A DNA stretch of 64,000 nucleotides from Salpingoeca rosetta (taxonomy: Eukaryota; Protista; Choanoflagellata): the NCBI GenBank assembly GCA_033442325.1, contig JAWQFM010000016.1, positions 1,035,679 to 1,099,678 on the forward strand, given 5' to 3'. Each line of letters starts with the position of its first letter. The stretch's first letter is position 1. Positions 1 through 31,084 of the stretch are shown here, in pieces. Both the position numbers and the translations under genes were made by a program. A model generated the notes under the pieces. It was not told the origin of the DNA, did not search any database, and was given only the letters and a program-made list of their open reading frames with translations.

Positions 1-557
1 GAGCAAGAACGCTCTGTTCACGGGCAGCGAGGACACAACAGTCAAGAAGTGGACGCTTCCATGGGACGATGTTGTGAAGAACGACGAGGACGATGATTCT
101 GTGGACCGCACAATCAAGGGTGCCATCCCCGCCACGGTCGAGTACTCCCGCATTGCGCACAAGAAGGACATCAACAGCCTTGACGTGGCCCCCAACGACA
201 AGCTGCTTGCATCAGCGTCGCAGGACCGCACCATCAAGCTGTGGAACACACACACGGGCGACGCGAAGCTTCACTTGAAGGGTCACAAGCGCGGCGTGTG
301 GTGTGTTCGGTTTTCTCCGTCAGACCAGATTGTGGCCTCTGCCTCTGGTGATGCAACCGTGAAGCTGTGGAACGCGGTCAGCGGCGCCTGTCTGCGAACT
401 ATGGAGGGTCACACCAACTCCATTCTGAAACTCGTGTTTGTGAGCAAGGGCACCCAGATTGTGTCGTCGTCCTCTGACGGCGTTGTGAAGCTCTGGACAC
501 TGCGCACGGGCGATTGCGTCACCACACTCGACGGCCACGACGAAAAGGTGGCGTAAA

Positions 558-654
<97 letters not shown>

Positions 655-1102
655 TTGATGCGGGTGTGTGTGTGTGTGTGTGTACGTGCGTATGTGTACG
701 TTTTTGCGCATGGCTGCATGCGGTGTGTGCCAGGACGCGAGCGATTCGCATGTGCGTGTTTGCTGGTGCTACACTTGCTCCGTGCTGCCCGTCGATGTTC
801 ACCGCGTCTCACCCATCGCGCGTTACAATCAGATCTGGGCACTTGATGTGAGCGGGAGTGGAGAGAAGATGGCGACGGGCGCCGCGGACGGCACCATCGC
901 CATCTGGCGCGACGACTCGAAGGAGAAGGACGACGCAGCACGCAAGCAGGAGGAGGAGAGGGTGAGCACGACTGTGACAGTGATGGTGGTGGTGATGGAG
1001 GTGATGGTGCTGGTGGTGTCAAGGCGCTGTTCGGTTTGTGTTTTTTTGTCTTCAAATCTGCTGTGAGATGTGCTCATTCCTCGACCTTCATGATAACCAT
1101 GT

Positions 1103-1140
<38 letters not shown>

Positions 1141-2611
1141 GTGTGTGCGTGTGTGTGTGTGCTGTTTCTTCAGCTGCGTGAGGATCAGGAGCTCAACAAC
1201 TTGATCCAGAGCCAGGAATACGCAGAGGCCTTTCGCCGTGCCGTCAACAAGAACAGGGTGCGCCTACCCTTGGCTTGTATGTGTGTTTGTGTGTTTTTGT
1301 GGATATGTGGTGGTTCACGTGTGTGCTTTGAGTTCCAGCCCTGCTGCTGTTCTGTGTTGTTGGCTCGACTGTTGTTGTTGCCTCCCCGGCATGCACTCAT
1401 ATACCGCCCTGCACGTGGACGTATGGATGCATGTGCACAACAGCCACGAACGCTGCTGCGACTGCTGCGACACCTGCGAGACGCCGACGAAATGGTGCGC
1501 GCACGAGTGCCATAATGAATACACCACCTCCAGCGTTTTGTTCGTCTTGCTCACAGCCTCGCTGTTGCATCTCACCTCAACATACCTGAATCTGCGCGTG
1601 TATGTGTGTGTGTGTGTGTTAGGATGAGGTTGAGCCGTGCATTCAACAGTTGGATATTGAGCAGATTACGCGTCTGCTCTCTTTCATTGAGAACTGGAAC
1701 TTCAACTCAAAGACCAGGTCAGAGCCACACGCGCGCCCACATACACACGCTCATGCACACACACACACACATTGAATGCCCATGCCTTGCATGCTGTCTA
1801 CTCTACTGTACTCGCTTTGCTCATGTTGCTTCCTTCTGCCTGAATGCTCGTGTCGTGCGCCCCACCAACCCACCAACCAACTTCCCATTCGACCAACCAT
1901 CCACTCGAATCCAATGTATCCCAATATCACCCGAATACCACTCCACTCAGCCGGGAGGCGCACGAGCTCCTGAACATCATCATCACGACCACCTCCCACG
2001 ACCACCTGCTCAAGATTCCAAACTGCGCCAAGACTCTCGACTCGCTCATCGCCTACTCTGGTGCGACACACGTGGTGGCACCAAGTGTGTGGTCACTGCG
2101 TTGGACCGGTGTCTTGCTGAGTATCACACGTGTTGTTGCATTGTTCTCTTTCCTTGGGTCCTCACGCTGCTCATATGCCGCCACCACTTCCACTTCTTGT
2201 CACCTGCCCCCTCCCTGTCGTCACTGCTTCCACCCTCGCCGTCACCATCAGAGCGCCACATGCGTCGCATTCAGCAGCTCACGCAGAAGACAGCGTTCCT
2301 CGACTACACCCACGAGGGCATGCGCGCAGGCGTCAGGTGCGATGCGTATTTGTGCTCATGTGATGAATGGTGCACGCTCTCACATGATTCGACACGTCAT
2401 TCGAACCATCGTAATGACATGCCGCACATGTCAACTGCTTGCCCATATTGCCGGGTCACCTAGCTGTTTTGTTTCTCGTTGTCGACTCGGCGTGGGCGCG
2501 TGTTGCATCCATCGTACACGCTTGTGTGTTTGCATTGGCTGCAAGGTTGACTCATGCTTCGTTTATGTTTTGATCAATTGCAGCAAGAAGAGGAGACACG
2601 AGGAAAGCTGA
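1..2611 (+). CDS. TBL3: U3 snoRNA-associated WD40 protein TBL3/Utp13, 3' part (5' end outside window), multi-exon
   Basis: WD40 repeats ([30 protein letters not shown]; [13 protein letters not shown]; GHDEK/IWALDV), then Utp13 C-terminal domain exons (QELNNLI; PRTLLRLL; [14 protein letters not shown]; [15 protein letters not shown]). Final exon ~2585-2611 (KKRRHEES*) is in phase with the donor after 2336. Confidence 0.88.
561..652. repeat. (GT)n microsatellite, representative of dozens of intronic (CA)n/(GT)n tracts in the window
   Basis: Direct reading; similar tracts occur in most introns. Confidence 0.95.
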
Positions 2612-2896
2612 GGAACGCCCACAACAAATGGGAAACATACACATGATTCACCAATGCACCTGTTTTGCTTGCGTGCGTGCGAGTGCGTACGCACCTGTCT
2701 ACTTGTTCTTGTGTTCGAAACAAAGAGAGTGTTCTGGTTTGTAGGTCAAAGAATAAAAAATGTGTGCGTGTGTACCACATCATGCCACGGCGCCCTTGTA
2801 AAGAAAGCCGCAACCTCTCAACCAACACCAAGCCCTCAGCGATGTGGCGGCGCCATTGTTCGGGTGTCAATCTCGTCATGTGTTGCAAGACGTGCA

Positions 2897-10245
<7,349 letters not shown>

Positions 10246-10495
10246 CCAAGCACGCACTCCACCGAGCACCACGACCGCAACAACACAAACAAACGACACA
10301 AGTCCGCTTTGCGGCGCTGCTGTCGCTGATGTCAGCAGAAAAAAAAATTGTGGTGTGTGGGCCTGTTGTTTGGGTTCTCGCCTTTTTTGTGGGTGGGCGT
10401 GGAAGAAGGCATTCTTGTGTTGCTTGCAAGCAAGCAGAAGGGGAACAACAAACAACCAACCAGCCAGCCTCCCAATACAAGCAACAAGCAAAACC

Positions 10496-16360
<5,865 letters not shown>

Positions 16361-16929
16361 AGTGTGGGCAGCGGCACGCTGTGGGGAGTAGACGAAGAGA
16401 CGATTGAGGGAATTTGCCTGGGGATGGGAGGGGGGCAGCTCAATGAAGTTTTGTGCGGATGAACTTGTGCCTGTATGAATGTGTGTGTGTGTGTATGTGT
16501 GTGCCATATCGATGTTGGTGCTGCCTGTGTTCTTTTCTTGAGTCACGCTTGCGTACGCCTGTTTGCCCACGCTGTTCTGTTCCTGCAGTTTTTCTGCTGC
16601 GCGTTTGGTTGGTTACATTACATTACGATGATGAAATTGAAATGCCACATGCGACAGCATTCAAGGCCACTACTCCTCTTGCTGCACTTGCTTGCTGAGC
16701 GGAGGGGGGATCGCACCACTCGACAACAGCCAAGACGCACGCACGACTTACACCCCACTCTTTCGCTTTCGCACACACCCACGTGCACGTGCTCTTTTCC
16801 AGGCATGCCATGAATGAAGGGATACTAGACTTAAGATGTAATGTAGCTCGCAGCGAACCTAATACAACAGACAAACACGCCGCAAAGCGACACACACACA
16901 CACACTGCCCGCAAGACGAGGGAGCGACC

Positions 16930-18086
16930 TCACGGCAGCTGCTCGATGGTGTCAAAGAGGTTGGTCATGGACACGGCGCCGGCGTGGTGGTGGGGCGGGT
17001 GCCACGTGGTGGAGTTGCTCCAGTCGCCCATGATGACATCGTCAAAGACCTTGGCCACGGCCGGGTCGTCGATGCGCACGTTGAAGTCGCGGTTGACGCT
17101 CTGCCAGCCGGGCTCGCCGTACGGCGGGTACGCGCCGTCGCCGCCAGGGAAGTCCGAGGGGCTCCAGTTGCCCGTTGAAAACGACACGCGCGTGCCGTCC
17201 GCAATCCAGAACTTTTGCTGCACAGGCGGGTGGTTGGTGGTAGCAATGGGTTGGTGGTGGTTGAATGAAGGAGACGAGGAGGGAGGGCGTGAGGGAGCGA
17301 GCGATGACGGTGCTGGTCTGACGCGTGACGGAGGGTGGCATCACACAGAGGCGGAACCATGCATGTGCACATGACACACTCAACGCACAAACACGTACGA
17401 ATACACACACATCACACACACATGCACAAACACACACGCACAAACACACACATACACACACATACACATCACACACACACACACACATTCCCCTCCCCCA
17501 CCCCTTATTTGCTACGCACGTGGTTGTACATGTAGAAGCCAAACTGCCAGGCGCGGTGGATGACGAGCCCCTTTGCCTGGAGCTTCTCAAAGCACTCGCT
17601 GGCCTTCTGCTGGTCGCCGCTGCCGTAAATCTCGCTGGAGACGAGCATGGTGATGTTGACGCCGCGCTTGTGCGCATCCAGCAGCCAGTCGCACAGCCGG
17701 TCGTCCGTCACCTGCGGCAATTTGGGGGGGGGGGGTTGATAAGGGGTGGTGGTGGTGGTGATGGTGAGAGAAGAAGTCAGTCGAGTAGCAGTAGAACAGT
17801 GTACATACAACTGACACGCCAGTTCCACAACACAGAGTCACAGTTGCAGAGAGACAGCCACAGACACACAAAGAACACAAAGCACACCTGGTAGATGTAG
17901 AGCTTGAAGGAGTGCTTGACGGCCTGGAGATCAGACATGAGCGCCTTGTACGAGAAGTCGGGGGACGTCCACAGCTGCAGCGGGCAGAAGAGGGGGCGGG
18001 GTGTTAGGTGTTGGGGCAAGGGAGTGAGCACTGGAGTACAAGGCCAAAACTGGGAGCAGTTGTCAATTCAAGCAGCCAGCAAGTAT

Positions 18087-18124
<38 letters not shown>

Positions 18125-19142
18125 ACACCACACCACAACACACCACAACACAACACAACACAACACACACACACATACACACAGAGGCACACGTACGCAC
18201 AGACCTTGAACGGGGCATTGATGGGGATGGGCTTTGGCTTTGGGGAGACGTAGGGGCGGTCTGGGCCAGAGGGGATGTCAAAGTCGCGGTGCGCCGGGTT
18301 GGTGATGATGGCCATATCCGAGGCCGAATACGAGTTGGTCACGTTGTACGGGCGCGTCGCTTCCCAGTCCCGCTCATACACCGCCGTCAGGAAATCAATC
18401 ACAAGCGCCATGTCCTTGCCTGGTGTTGAGGAGGGAGGCGGGCAGGGTGGTGGTGGATGGATGGTGGTTAAACGTGAGGTGAGGTGAGGTGAGGTGAGGT
18501 GGGGTGGGGTGAGGTGAGGTGAGGTGAGGGAACAGGCGGGTTGACGGGCATGGAGGAGGGGGTTGTTATTGTTGGTTCGTTTGAGGGCAAAAGAGGGGCA
18601 GCAGGAGAGCTAACTAGATAAACTCAAGTACACACACACATACACACAAGCACACACAAGTACACACACACACAACCACAAAAACAAATCCTAGCACGGG
18701 TCGTGCTTACCAGTACCTTCGATGTTTGCGCCGGCCTCGCGGTTCTTCATGTAGGAGCTGCGGCTCCAGTTGACGGAGGAGATGGACGCCGCGTTGCCGT
18801 CCCGCATCATGAACTTGGAGTGGGTGAAGGTCGTCGACGTGTACATGCCAACCTTCACGCCGTTGAGCGAGAGGAAGTCAAAGGGCGCAATCTTGCCCTC
18901 GCACGTCACATCACCAAAGTCGTTGGTGATGATGCGGATGGACACGCCCCTGACGAGACAACGCAGGAGGAAATCAGCCATGGCAAAAGGGAGCAAGCAA
19001 GCATGAAGGGCGGGTATGGGGAGCAAGCAAGGGGTGGAAGGCTCAAGAAAGGCAGCCCACGTTCGTGCAGCATGAAACAATACAGACACAGACAAACGGA
19101 CACACGGACACCAAGAGAGACAACCTCCTCTAGCCAACCACC

Positions 19143-19181
<39 letters not shown>

Positions 19182-20063
19182 CTCGCGCCCACCTGTGCGC
19201 GGCGTTGAGGATGGCCTGGAAGACGGGGAACTTCTCACCGCTGCAGGTGGACACCTTGCAGCCAACACAGGGCGATCCCTGCACAAGACAACAGCAAGAC
19301 AACAGCAAGACAACAGCAGCAAGATGGCGGCAAGGCGATGAGCATTGCACAACAGCAACGCAGCAAACACACACACACACACAGGGAAGCATGTGACTTT
19401 GCTCAAGCACCAAGAACTAAGGCCTTGCGCCACACCCAGGAAAAATCAAACGTACGCTCGAGCAGTGGCTCCAGCTGGAGAAGCTTGGCGTGATGATGTC
19501 GAGCGTCTTGCTGGCCTTGCTGATAAAGTCCACGATGGTGTCCACCGAGTGATCTGGGCTGAAGAACGGGGTGATGGTGAGATCCGCAGACGACAGCTCC
19601 AGCGGCTTGAACTGGGCGTGGTACGTCTTGGTCTGGTGGTCATACGACGGATCAGAGGGCGGAGACGGTGGTGCAGTGCCTGCACGCGCATCATTGAAAA
19701 AAATAATACAAGAGACAAGGGTTAGATGCTGCAGTGCACGGCAACACCGTGACTTGCGGAGAACAGTCCTACAACAAGCAAGCAATCTGTGTTTTGTTTG
19801 TGTGTGTGGTTGTGTGTGGTTGTGTGTGTGGTTGTGTGTGGTCTGTTCTCTTCTGACATACCATTGCAGGCGCAGCCTGGGGGCTGATGGCACGTGTTTG
19901 AGTCCGAAATGCACGAGTCCCCACACGCCTTTGAGCCATCGCTGCAGTACTTGCAGCAGGACGGATCAGCAGCAGCCGCAGCCATCACCGTCACCGCAGC
20001 AGCAGCGGCCACGATGACAGCCAGGACCACGGCCACCTTCTTTCCTCCAACAACAAGCATCAT
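16930..20063 (-). CDS. Secreted phospholipase D-superfamily phosphodiesterase with two HKD motifs and an N-terminal Cys-rich module, multi-exon
   Basis: Signal peptide (KKVAVVLAVIVAAAAAVTVMAAAAA); CCKYCSDGSKACGDSCISDSNTCHQPPGCAC; TPFFSPDHS; HSKFMMRDGNAASISSVNWS; second motif split by an intron, YNH/QKFWIADGTRVSFSTGNWS; NRDF. Confidence 0.85.
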
Positions 20064-20519
20064 GGCGCTGTTCCACAGAGAGAGGAGGAGGAGGGAAAAC
20101 AAACAACCGGTGGATAAATGATTGGTGTCTTCACGTGTTTTTCGGCTACTACTTCACAGTGCATTTTTTTGTGCTGTGTTGTTTGTTTGCTGCTGGGGTT
20201 GGCGACAGCGACACACGAAAAAAGGGGAATCAACGCAGACGGCGTTGAAGATGGTGATGATGTGGGAGCACGCTCGCTCCTTCCTGCTCGGCGCACTGGC
20301 CGTCGTCCTGCTGCAGAAGGCAGTCTACATCCTCTCCCCACAAATCGGTGAGGCTTGGAAAGAGGAGGGGGGAGGGCGAGGGAGGGGCAAGAGGGAGGGG
20401 CAGAGAGGGAGGAGCAGAGGGAGGTAGAAAGGACCGGGGGTGGGAGGAGAGTGTGCTCTCGTCGTGTTCGGTGAGCGACGCCAGTCCATGCCACCCAGCA
20501 CGCAGGTGCGTGAGCTTGA

Positions 20520-22683
<2,164 letters not shown>

Positions 22684-22843
22684 TGCGTTCGTTGCTCGTG
22701 TGTGTTCAGTGGAGGAGGCGGTGACGTATTGTTTTGGTTTGTGCGCCGCCTTTTGGTTTTGTGGTCCTGCCAACAGTGAGTGGATGTTGTTGTGCCGTGT
22801 TCATTCCACATCACGCTCGCATCACCCATCCACACCAGTCGAG

Positions 22844-26092
<3,249 letters not shown>

Positions 26093-26568
26093 AGACGAAA
26101 GGAGCGTTGAGAGGAGATGAAGATGGCTGAGGAGAGAGGGCAGAAGAAAGTAGGGAATGGAGGTGGGTGGGGAATGAAGGAAAGGAGAGTGGTGCTGGGT
26201 GGTGACATGGTGACACGCTCATCCGTGGTGCGACACGAGGGTGTACGATGGCGCCATGCTTGAGTTCTGTTATATTACATTCCGTTTGGTGGTTTTGTAG
26301 CTTCGCCTGTTTGTTTGCTTGTTCCGTGTCTCTTTTCCTTTGCTTTGTGCTGTTACTTTGCTCGCTGCATGTGTCATGGCATGGAATGCAATGCGTGTGT
26401 GGCTTTGTATGATTGAACGAACGAGGATAACACCGGGCAAGGGTATGGGCGGGAGAAGGAACAGGGCCAGTTGCTCATGCAACGCGGGCACAGTGGAGAA
26501 TCATGGAGGGGAACAAGCGTGGAAGGGAACAAGGGCAGACAATTCAACTATTTCGGCGTTCAAGTTGA

Positions 26569-27834
26569 TTAGGTTTCAGTCTGCCCGGTCTGCCCGTCCT
26601 GGATGTTCAGCACGCCCTCCTCGTCGTGGCCATTCTGCGCGTCGTGTCCGTTCTGCGCGTCGTGTCCGTTCTGCCCCTCTTGCACGTTCAAGGCGGTTTG
26701 ATTGGTCGGTACGTGCAGTGTGGTCTGCCCATTGTGCCCACCTTGCACATCCTGTGCATCCTGCCCGTCCTGGCCGTTCTGGAGGTTCAACACGCCTTGT
26801 GCGCGCTGTTCTTTGCGTCGGTCCGTTGTGTCTGTTGTGTCTGCTGTGTCCGCTGTGTCTGCTGCATCCGTTGTGACCGTCCTGCCTGGCTGTGCTGCGC
26901 GTGGTGTGCGTGGTGTGTGCGGTGCCACGCCGTGTGTTTGGTGTCCGTCGCCCTGCCAGTTCTGCTTGTTCTGTGCACCACAGCAGCAGCAGCAGAAGGT
27001 CTTCTTGCACTGGCTGAAAAACTCCCTACAGTCGGAGGCAAAGGAAATGAGGCGCAGGAACCAGAGCACGCCGCCCCCTGCTGCCAAGCCGTAGCCAATC
27101 GGCATCTTCATTGTGATGATGGCTATCAGGAACCCGGCGGCAATGGCGGTGAAGAGCGACTGCCAGGTCACACCCACTGGCTGGAACGAGGTGTTGCGGA
27201 TGCCAAAGCCGAAGACGGAGGCAGCAATAAGGAGATGGAATTTGGCCTGCGTGTGAAACGTGACTGCGCTCACCTGGCTCTTGGAGGAGTCGGCGGTCAG
27301 TTCGGTTGTGTCGCAGCAACATTTGGCGCAGCAGCATTTGTTGCCTCCTGGGGTTCCCAACCAACAACAGCTGGTGATGCCCATTTGCCCGCAGCAACAT
27401 TCCGTGGTGTCAGCGGACCAACAGCAGCACCTTGCATTGTCATCATCCCCGCCTTCCTCCAACCAGCCCTTGATGCCGGCTCCCCCAAGCTTGAGCATGA
27501 GGGTGCGGCGCGCAATGGCATGCTTGGAGCGGTAGACCTGCAGCTGGGAGATGATGAGGTTGGTTTCGAGGCAGACGAGGAACTCCACGGCTGCGACGAC
27601 GGCGAACACTTTTGGCGGGATGGCGTCCATGCCAAAAGCGGCAAGCAGGGCATTGCCCACAGAGAGAATGGTGAGCACGGCCGTCACCACCTTACTCATG
27701 CCTTCGTCCAGGTCGTGGATCTGGCTCATCTGGTCGTCGAGCTCCTTGATCAAGATCTCCCGGTCTTGCTCCGGTGTGGCAGCACCCTGCGCTGAGCCTG
27801 CAGCTGTAGTTGATGACATGACGTGCTGTGACAT
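26569..27834 (-). CDS. Intronless multi-pass membrane protein with Cys clusters and a repetitive Q/G/D/N-rich C-terminus, unknown function
   Basis: Open frame from MSQHVMSS (27834) to stop 26569, about 421 aa. Several hydrophobic segments (VVTAVLTILSVGNALLAAFG; VFAVVAAVEFLVCL; LLIAASVFGFG; LFTAIAAGFLIAII; GGVLWFLRLISFA), CCC motifs, and QNGHDA/DTA repeats. Confidence 0.65.
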   Translation of the reverse strand: MSQHVMSSTTAAGSAQGAATPEQDREILIKELDDQMSQIHDLDEGMSKVVTAVLTILSVGNALLAAFGMDAIPPKVFAVVAAVEFLVCLETNLIISQLQVYRSKHAIARRTLMLKLGGAGIKGWLEEGGDDDNARCCCWSADTTECCCGQMGITSCCWLGTPGGNKCCCAKCCCDTTELTADSSKSQVSAVTFHTQAKFHLLIAASVFGFGIRNTSFQPVGVTWQSLFTAIAAGFLIAIITMKMPIGYGLAAGGGVLWFLRLISFASDCREFFSQCKKTFCCCCCGAQNKQNWQGDGHQTHGVAPHTPRTPRAAQPGRTVTTDAADTADTADTTDTTDRRKEQRAQGVLNLQNGQDGQDAQDVQGGHNGQTTLHVPTNQTALNVQEGQNGHDAQNGHDAQNGHDEEGVLNIQDGQTGQTET

Positions 27835-28101
27835 GTGACACACCAAGAACACGAAGAACACAGCAAAGGAAGGAAGCAAGCGATGAATGAAGAGAAGGCA
27901 CGAAGCAAAACAGCTTGCAGGCTTAGATGCTTGCTTGTTGGAGGCTGGCTCCTTGCTTGGCAGTGTTGTTGTTTGTTGCGCTTTGGCGGAAATGGCGGTG
28001 TCCTTCCACCGAACGAGTTTTGGCGAATGATTCCAGACATTTCTCCGCGTATTTGTGTTTGTGTGGGCGTTGTTGTTAGCTGGTTGGTTGGTTGCGGCCC
28101 G

Positions 28102-28591
28102 ATGGACGAGCGGGCGTTGTTGCGCTGGCATGCGTGGCGGCAGCTGCCTGGTGTTGCGCCCTTTGTGGGGTCGTCTCGCAGCAAGCACGCCGCTGTGACC
28201 GTGGGTGATGGGCTCTTTATCCATGGCGGCGACTCTGGCTCCACCATGCTTGGCGACATGTTGCGCTTTGACGTGCACGATCATTCCTGGAGCAGGTATG
28301 TGTGTGTGTGTGTGTGTGTGTGTAGTATGTGTGTTTGCGCGCACGTGCGCGTGTAGCTGTGAGTGTGTGTGTGAGTGTGTGCGTATGTATGTGTGTATGT
28401 GTGCGCGAATTTGTGCATGTATGTGTGTGTGTGTGGGGGGGGGGCGGAGAGATGCGAAGGCGTTGCGCGTGTTACTTGCTTCGCTCGTCACATTGCTTGC
28501 TTTGCTGGTGGGTCGAACGCCTTCATGCTTGCCTGTGTGATGTGATCTTTGACGCCTTTGCGCCTGCTCATCTCCTTTCACTCACACACAT

Positions 28592-28651
<60 letters not shown>

Positions 28652-30080
28652 CTGCCAGACTGTCAAGGGCGATTCGCCATCGCCTCGGTACCACCACAGC
28701 GCCGTCGTTTACAAGCACTCCATCTACTGCTTTGGCGGATACACAGGGGACATCTTCTCCAACTCAAATCTGGAGAACCGCAACGACCTCTATCAACACT
28801 TTCCAGACAAGGGCATGTGGCGCCCCATCATCCTGGCAGGTGTGTGCGCGCGTGTGTGTGTGCGTGTGAGGCAAGGCGCGTGTGTGTGTGCTTGTGTGTC
28901 GTGTACAAACGGCAGGTGTGCAAACGGCAAGTGTGCGAACGGCAGGTGTGCGAATGGTGGCGGGAGAACTGACAAAACGCGCAAGTTACATGTATGTCAC
29001 TACGAGTGCTGACGCACACTTTGCCGTCAACTGCAACCCACCATTGATTTGACAACCTCTCGCCGTTCTTGGACGCAGATGGATCAAACACGCCGGTGAG
29101 TGCCAGTCTTGTCGTGTTGCTCTTGGAAATGTTTATGTCAGAGCAGCCGCAATGCACAACCAAACATACACACACTCACACACACACTCACACAAACACA
29201 CACTCAAACACACACACAACCAAACACACACCTTCACACACACACACAACAAAACATACACACGCATGCACTGCAGCCCGCGCGGTCTGCGCAGTGCTGT
29301 GCAATGTATGGCAGCTGGATGTACGTCTTTGCTGGCTTCGATGGCAGTGACAGGTACGATTTTTTGTCCACAGAGCGAACGCCTTGACACGAATGCAGTC
29401 AGAGCAAGCTGCATCCACAGATGGCGGCTTGTTGCCTCGTCATGCTGACCACCTACCTGTCCTCCTTGGCTCCTTGGCTCCTTGTGTCACCCCTGCACGC
29501 GGGCGCCAACAGCCCACATGCACCTTCCAATCGATCCCCCCTCGCCACTCCCTACCAGCACTGATGATCTTACACGCACACCTCAAACCTCCAGGCTCAA
29601 CGACATGTGGCGCATTGACTTGTCTGCAAACGACAAGCGATGGGAGCGCGTCAACCAGCAAGGCGACGTCCCGCCCCCGTGCTGCAACATGCCCTGCGCC
29701 ACATCGACTACCACCATGTTCATCTTCTCTGGCATGTCCGGAAAATTCAGCTCCAACCAGTCAGTTGCGTGTGTGTTCTGTGTAGTTGCGTGTGTGCGTG
29801 AGTGCGTGCGTGCGTGCGTGCGTCTGCATGTACCTGCATGTATCTGCGTCGTCATTGCTGGAAATAATCTTTGAACCACAAAATTCCGCCTCACTCACTG
29901 CCGTGTTCAGGCTGCACGCCTTTGACTTTGGGTCGCACACGTGGCGACGAATTGAATTCCTCTCGCAGGCTCGTATTCACACACACACATCATTGTTGAC
30001 TGTATGGAAACACTTTGCACCAAGCATGATTGACGCCTTGGTTGAGACATGCACGCTGTCACATGCTGCACTCATTCAGC

Positions 30081-30139
<59 letters not shown>

Positions 30140-31042
30140 TCTGTGGGCATGTAGTTTCATGGGGGCGGGGAACCTCCATCGCGCCGGTTTGGCCACTCCA
30201 TGGTCCACCACAACAACAATCTCTGGATCTTTGGTGGCTGTGCCGACAACATGCTCACAAACTCAATCTACAGGTTCAACACCTGTGCGTGCGTGTGTGT
30301 GTATGCGTGTGCGTACGTGTGTGTGTGCGTGCGTGTGTGTGCACATTGCGTGTGCTAGTGTCCATATGCTAGTGTCCATGTGCTGGCGCACGCTTTCCCG
30401 TCTCCCGTTACTGATGTGTGTTCATCACCCAAATGCTGTGCTTTCCCACATCCAAATCCACGTGCGTGCTGCTGTGCAGATTTGATCTGGCCAAACGCGT
30501 CTGGTGCCGGATTGTGCCAGAGGAGAGCGCGTTTACGCCAAGCGGACGCTGCTTCCACTCCGCATGCGTTGCCGCCGACACCATGTATGTTTTCGGCGGT
30601 ACGTTGGACGTGTCGCACAGCACACGCAGCGGGCACATGTTCTGCCTGTCCCTCGTCGAGCCGGAGCAGCCATCACTGATGAAAGACATTGGCAGTCTGC
30701 ACGTGACTGGCATGCTTGCCGACGTGTACTTGCACCCGCGTCACCGCACCCCTGGCGATGATGGCTGTGGTGGTGGTGATGATGGTGACGGTGACATGAA
30801 GGGGCGCGTTGATTGCGGTGAAGGTGGCGGTGCGAGAAGACAGGCAGCACAAGGAAAGGAGAACCACGACGATGATGATGACGACGACGAGAACGATGAT
30901 GGTGGTGGTGATGATGGTGGGGAGAATGCAGGTGAAAGCATTTCTTGTGGCAGAGGTGCTGGTGGTTGTGGGGTGCAGTGCCATGCTGCCCTGATGGCCG
31001 TGCGAAGCGACGTGTTGCGGACACGGATACGCGAGGCGCTCG

Positions 31043-31084
<42 letters not shown>

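Noticed and set aside
2690-2895. PH-domain-like fragment (EGLVLV..WYTRTHFLFFDLQTRTLSLF) on the minus strand
   Set aside because: Lies between two convergent stop codons with no room for a full domain; probably chance in 3' UTR.
26626-27795. 389-aa plus-strand ORF opposite the membrane protein
   Set aside because: Antisense shadow with no domain signal; the minus frame has coherent TM segments.
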